A stretch of 64,000 bases of DNA from Acetobacteraceae bacterium (GTDB lineage: Bacteria > Pseudomonadota > Alphaproteobacteria > Acetobacterales > Acetobacteraceae): contig JBBART010000012.1 in NCBI GenBank assembly GCA_040399685.1, forward strand, positions 52,673 to 116,672. Reading direction: 5' to 3'. Shown here piece by piece: positions 60,181 through 64,000 of the stretch. The position numbers and the translations under genes were made by a program. Under the pieces are notes generated by a model. That model searched no databases, had not been told where the DNA came from, and saw only the letters and a list, made by a program, of their open reading frames with translations. Each line of letters opens with the position of its first letter. Position 1 is the first letter of the stretch.

Positions 60181-60241
60181 TCCTGTGGCTGCTGGTGCCA
60201 CATTCGGACAACGATATCGACTTATGAAAGGCCTATCTCCG

Positions 60242-60571
60242 ATGAGCGAAAACACCGTCGCCGTGACCGATGCCAGCTTTGCCACCGACGTTCTGGGGGC
60301 CAAGGGGCTCGTGCTCGTCGATTTCTGGGCGGAATGGTGCGGCCCCTGCAAGCAGATCGGCCCGGCGCTGGACGAGATCGGCGCTGAGTTCGCCGGCAAG
60401 CTGACCGTGGCCAAGGTCAACATCGACGACAATCCTTCGACCCCGAACGCCTATGCCGTCACCGGCATTCCCACGCTGATCCTGTTCCGTGACGGCAAGC
60501 CCGTTTCGAAGAAGGTCGGCGCGTCGCCCAAGAGCGTGTTGAAGCAGTGGGTGGCTGAACAGATCGTCTGA
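60242..60571 (+). CDS. trxA: thioredoxin
   Basis: 109 aa with the WCGPC active site and GIPTLILF. Confidence 0.95.
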   Translation: MSENTVAVTDASFATDVLGAKGLVLVDFWAEWCGPCKQIGPALDEIGAEFAGKLTVAKVNIDDNPSTPNAYAVTGIPTLILFRDGKPVSKKVGASPKSVLKQWVAEQIV

Positions 60572-60630
60572 TCTTCAGCCAGCATCGCGTTGCGTCAGAG
60601 CGGCCGGCACCATGGTGTCGGCCGTTTGCG

Positions 60631-60945
60631 CTATTTGACAGCTTCGTCGTACATCGGCCGCAACATGCCTTCGGCGGTGCAATTCGATGGGTCCGACCGT
60701 ATGTCGGCCTCAGCCGCCTTCATGAAGGTGGCCTTTTCAGAAGCTGTGATCCCGAGCGCCTTTTCCTGCGCTGCAATCGTGGCGTCCAGCTTCTTGCTGT
60801 CCGCGGCATTGGTCCATTTGCACACTGTGGGCGCGAGCTTCATTTCATAGAACATGCCGATCATCTCCTTCTGGGCATGTGCCTGTTGAATGCTGGCCAG
60901 GCCGAGCATGATGCACGCAGCGGTTATGATCGTCTTTTTCATCAA
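60631..60945 (-). CDS. small exported hypothetical protein
   Basis: Signal MMKKTIITAACIMLGLASIQQAHA. The mature part of about 80 aa has two Cys. GC is lower than in the neighbouring genes. Confidence 0.55.
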   Translation of the reverse strand: MMKKTIITAACIMLGLASIQQAHAQKEMIGMFYEMKLAPTVCKWTNAADSKKLDATIAAQEKALGITASEKATFMKAAEADIRSDPSNCTAEGMLRPMYDEAVK

Positions 60946-61164
60946 TAAAGTCCTTTGGGGCGGTATGGCATCGTTCCGTCAGAACGAGCTTGCGCAGTGC
61001 GCCGTTAGCAAATCGTTACCAAATTCGCCGTCAGAGTGGGTGGCTCCGGACATTCTTTGAAAATCAGCATCGCCTGAAGCTGATTTCATGATTCTTTCAT
61101 CGAGTTTGCCACTTATCGGTGCGACGACCCGTGGCGGGTATGCATGGCACCGTAAGGGGTTTCG

Positions 61165-62187
61165 ATGGCTGGCACGATTTTGGCGAATCAGTCCGTGGAC
61201 GATCTTCACGGCCTCGTATGGGGCTACCGTTTCACCGAGACCGGGGAGGCGGTGGTGCTGGACGGTGCGGCGGCCATTGAGGCCCTGCGCGCCCGCACAA
61301 GCTGGATCTGGCTGCATTTTGATCTTGTTGACCGGCGTGCCCAGGCCTTCCTGAAAGGCCTGACCGACTTGCCGTCCGAGGCGCTGGATATTTTGACCGG
61401 CACGGACGATCGGCCGCAAATGGACAGTATCGCCGGCCCGCATGGCAGCGTGATCGCAGGCGTTGCGATGGATTTCGAACGCTCGGAGGGCTTGCCGGAC
61501 CCGCGCCGGATGGTCGCCTGGCGCTTCTGCATGCTGCCGCACGCCTTCATTTCGGCCCGTCGCCAGCCGTTGCAGACCATGCAGCAGATGCATTTCAACA
61601 TCATGGGCGGCAGCCGCTACGACAGCGCGCTGCATTTGTTCGATGCCATCCTGCATAGCTACATCAGCGCTCTCAGCCGTGTCAGCCGCAGCCTGGCAGA
61701 GCAGCTGGACGGGGTGGAGGATGCGATGCTGGAGGAGCAGGAGATCGGTGATTTCGAGGTTCTGGGCGCCGTTCGCCGCAACGCTACCCGCCTGTCCCGC
61801 CAGATGTTGCCGTTGAACGCCATGTTGGCCCATCTGCTCAGCGAGCGTCCAAACTGGTTCACCGATGCTGCCGCCGAGGATTGCGAGCATGTCGCCCGCC
61901 GCGTGACGTCGGTGGCGGCCGACCTCACCGCCCTGCAAGAGCGGGCGCGGGCGATGGTGGACGAAGTGGGGTCCCGCCAGACGGAGCAGACCAACCGCCG
62001 GCTGATGTTATTGACCGTCGTCTCCGCCGTGATGCTGCCGCCGACGCTGATCGGCGGCATTTTCGGCATGAACGTGGGTGGGCTGCCATGGCTGGAGAGC
62101 AAGATGGGCTTCACCTACACCATGGGGCTGATGGCGCTGTCCGTGGCGGCGTTGCTGTTCGGGCTGCGGCGGCTGCGTCTCATTTAA
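61165..62187 (+). CDS. CorA family divalent metal transporter (ZntB-like)
   Basis: 340 aa. Two C-terminal TM helices with IFGMNVGGLPW (the GMN motif). Confidence 0.85.
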   Translation: MAGTILANQSVDDLHGLVWGYRFTETGEAVVLDGAAAIEALRARTSWIWLHFDLVDRRAQAFLKGLTDLPSEALDILTGTDDRPQMDSIAGPHGSVIAGVAMDFERSEGLPDPRRMVAWRFCMLPHAFISARRQPLQTMQQMHFNIMGGSRYDSALHLFDAILHSYISALSRVSRSLAEQLDGVEDAMLEEQEIGDFEVLGAVRRNATRLSRQMLPLNAMLAHLLSERPNWFTDAAAEDCEHVARRVTSVAADLTALQERARAMVDEVGSRQTEQTNRRLMLLTVVSAVMLPPTLIGGIFGMNVGGLPWLESKMGFTYTMGLMALSVAALLFGLRRLRLI

Positions 62188-62276
62188 TTTGTCGTCATGC
62201 TGCATTGCGAAGTGGACCGCGTGTCATCGATAATCGTTCGCCCCGGCGAGAGCGGGCGCCATCGTAAGGACCAGAC

Positions 62277-64000
62277 ATGCTGCGTGCCGACAAGCTGACC
62301 GCCGATACGCTGCATCACGACGATCCGGACCAGATCCAGTGGCCGGACAACGCGACCGACGGGATCGTTCCGGACCATGCACCTGACATGGCGGCCCGCG
62401 CGATGACCCTCGCGTTAGACAGCGCCTCCCTCCAGATCGAGCCGGCCAGCCTGCAGGGCGCCGCCGTCCAGGAGATCACCACCCTCGCCGGCGCCATCAC
62501 GCTGTCCACGGCAGGCACCCCCGCCACCGACAACAGCGCCGCCAAGGCGTTGCGGGTGGATGTCGCCGTCGCCACCTACACCGTACCGGGCACCGGCGCC
62601 GTGTTGAATGGCACCGGCCTCAAGATCGGCATTTTGTCTGACAGCTTCAATCTGAAGGGTGGCGAGGCCACGGATATCGCCAATGGCGACCTGTCGTCGT
62701 CGATCACGATTCTGAAGGAGGGCACCACCGGCAACGACGAAGGCCGGGCGATGGCCCAGTTGATCCACAGCATCGCCCCTGGGGCTGAGATCTATTTCTA
62801 CACCGCCACCACCAGCGAGACAGATTTCGCGGCCGGCATCAAGGCGCTCGCCGCCGCCGGATGCAGCGTCATTGTTGATGACGTGGTGTATTACGACGAG
62901 TCTTTTTATCAGGACACAGGCGTCGTCACGGCGGCGGTCGAGCAGGTTATCGCGCAGGGCGTCGATTATTTCAGCGCCGCCGGAAATTCGGGCAAGAATT
63001 ACTACGAGAGCACGTTCAACCCGATGATCATCGCGCTGAACGGCCTCGGCACGGTGAAGGCGCATAATCTCGGCAGCGGTTCGCCCTACGAAAAAGTGGA
63101 ATTGTCGGCCAACGCGACGCTGAATTTCACGCTGGAATGGACCGAACCCACCGCCACATCGTCAAGCTCCACGCGGCAATACGATATCGCTGTGGCGTTG
63201 TTCGATTCGAACAACAACCTCGTGCAGAAATGGACCCTGAACAGCCTGCGCGGCAATCCCGTGCTGGAGGTCAACACCACGCTGACCAACGCGGCCGGGG
63301 TCTACAGCCTGGTGTTCTATGAAAACGTTGGAAGCGCCACACCCGGCACCTTCAAGATCATCATGTTCGCGGGCAGCGGCGCCACGATTGACGGCGAGGG
63401 AGCCGGGTTCGGCAGTGGCACGTCGATCGGCCATGAGATCGCCACCGGCGTGAACACGGTGGCGGCGGTGAATGTGGCTGAAACACCGGCCAACGGCGTG
63501 GCAACCCCGGTGGTGGAGAGCTATTCCGGCTATGGCTCCGGCGTTACCTACATCGACAGCAGCGGCACCACGCTCGCCACGCCGGTCTTGACGGGCAGTC
63601 CGAATTTTGCCGCGACCGACGGCTCGCCCACCAGCGTGTTCAGTTCGTTCTACGGCACCTCCGCCGCCGCACCCGAGGCCGCGGCTGTGGCATTGCTGGT
63701 GTTGCAGGCCGATTCACGGCTGGCCACATTGCAGGTAACCTATGTGCTCACGCAATCCGCCGTCGCCACCAATTCCACTCTCAATGGCGGGGCGGGGCTG
63801 ATCCAGGCGGATGTTGCGGTGGGTGAGGCGGTCACGGCCGCCACCACGCCGATCTGGCAGGGCGCAGCCAGCGTCGGCACCGGGGTGTGGAGCACGGCAG
63901 CCGACTGGACGGACAACATCGCCCCGCGCAGCACCGACGCCGTCAGCCTCGGCAACGGGCTGGGCATGTTGAGCGGCAGCTACGTCGTCACCTTCGACCC
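62277..64000 (+). CDS. large subtilase-like (S8-fold) protein, N-terminal 574 codons (3' end outside the window)
   Basis: IGILSDSF (Asp), FSAAGNSG (oxyanion Asn) and FYGTSAAAPEAAAVALL (Ser). The frame is open to the window end. An aagga RBS precedes ATG 62277, and an in-frame TAA lies at 62265. Confidence 0.85.
   Translation, partial: MLRADKLTADTLHHDDPDQIQWPDNATDGIVPDHAPDMAARAMTLALDSASLQIEPASLQGAAVQEITTLAGAITLSTAGTPATDNSAAKALRVDVAVATYTVPGTGAVLNGTGLKIGILSDSFNLKGGEATDIANGDLSSSITILKEGTTGNDEGRAMAQLIHSIAPGAEIYFYTATTSETDFAAGIKALAAAGCSVIVDDVVYYDESFYQDTGVVTAAVEQVIAQGVDYFSAAGNSGKNYYESTFNPMIIALNGLGTVKAHNLGSGSPYEKVELSANATLNFTLEWTEPTATSSSSTRQYDIAVALFDSNNNLVQKWTLNSLRGNPVLEVNTTLTNAAGVYSLVFYENVGSATPGTFKIIMFAGSGATIDGEGAGFGSGTSIGHEIATGVNTVAAVNVAETPANGVATPVVESYSGYGSGVTYIDSSGTTLATPVLTGSPNFAATDGSPTSVFSSFYGTSAAAPEAAAVALLVLQADSRLATLQVTYVLTQSAVATNSTLNGGAGLIQADVAVGEAVTAATTPIWQGAASVGTGVWSTAADWTDNIAPRSTDAVSLGNGLGMLSGSYVVTFD

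Overview
High-GC (about 65-70% by eye) chromosomal segment whose gene content and order point to an alphaproteobacterium, probably Rhodospirillales or Acetobacteraceae-like. That lineage call is an inference from the alpha-type addB-addA-trxA cluster, aapJQMP, leuS-lptE-holA, and DUF3576/DUF1489/DUF2237 genes. Most of the window is ordinary core genome: trpS (partial), ilvD, kup, yggS, a porin, leuS-lptE-holA, gnd, an S9 peptidase-ggt pair, a family-5 ABC binding protein, yggT-DUF167-folD, tRNA-Ala(CGC), rsmB-rpe-heparinaseII/III-like-GT4-purH, aapJQMP, an aldo/keto reductase, an enoyl-CoA hydratase, a C26 amidotransferase, lolA, MFS plus a TrxR-like ferredoxin-NADP reductase, tsaE-murU-like-addB-addA-trxA, a CorA/ZntB-like channel, and the start of a large subtilase-like protein. 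Six things stand out. (1) A roughly 3.2-kb islet (about 17946-21190) lies between ggt and an FAD oxidoreductase. It holds a decayed tyrosine-integrase 3' remnant, a clearly low-GC gene for a P-loop GTPase fused to a DUF697-like membrane domain, and two type II toxin-antitoxin pairs (AbrB/MazE-MazF and HicA-HicB, the latter with an elaborate operator). I rank the GTPase as the best candidate for an uncharacterised accessory or defence function, but nothing in the sequence proves this. (2) A family of about 122-bp three-hairpin palindromic elements has 3 copies, each exactly between convergent gene ends. Their central stems covary, and they look like modular bidirectional terminators. (3) A reading frame of about 1283 codons encodes a four-module polysaccharide enzyme (repeats, WbsX-like, GT4, GT2). 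A single in-frame TAA inside the GT4 module interrupts it. (4) This sits next to an orphan soluble globin-coupled MCP and a PAS-GGDEF(degenerate)-EAL protein. (5) The subtilase-like protein has Glu aligned where the catalytic His is expected, and it has no signal peptide. (6) There are several small oddities: a polycationic Tat-signal micro-protein, a start-less small membrane ORF, and a REP-like nested palindrome. No CRISPR array, rRNA or intact transposase was seen. The many long ORFs antisense to real genes are high-GC artefacts.
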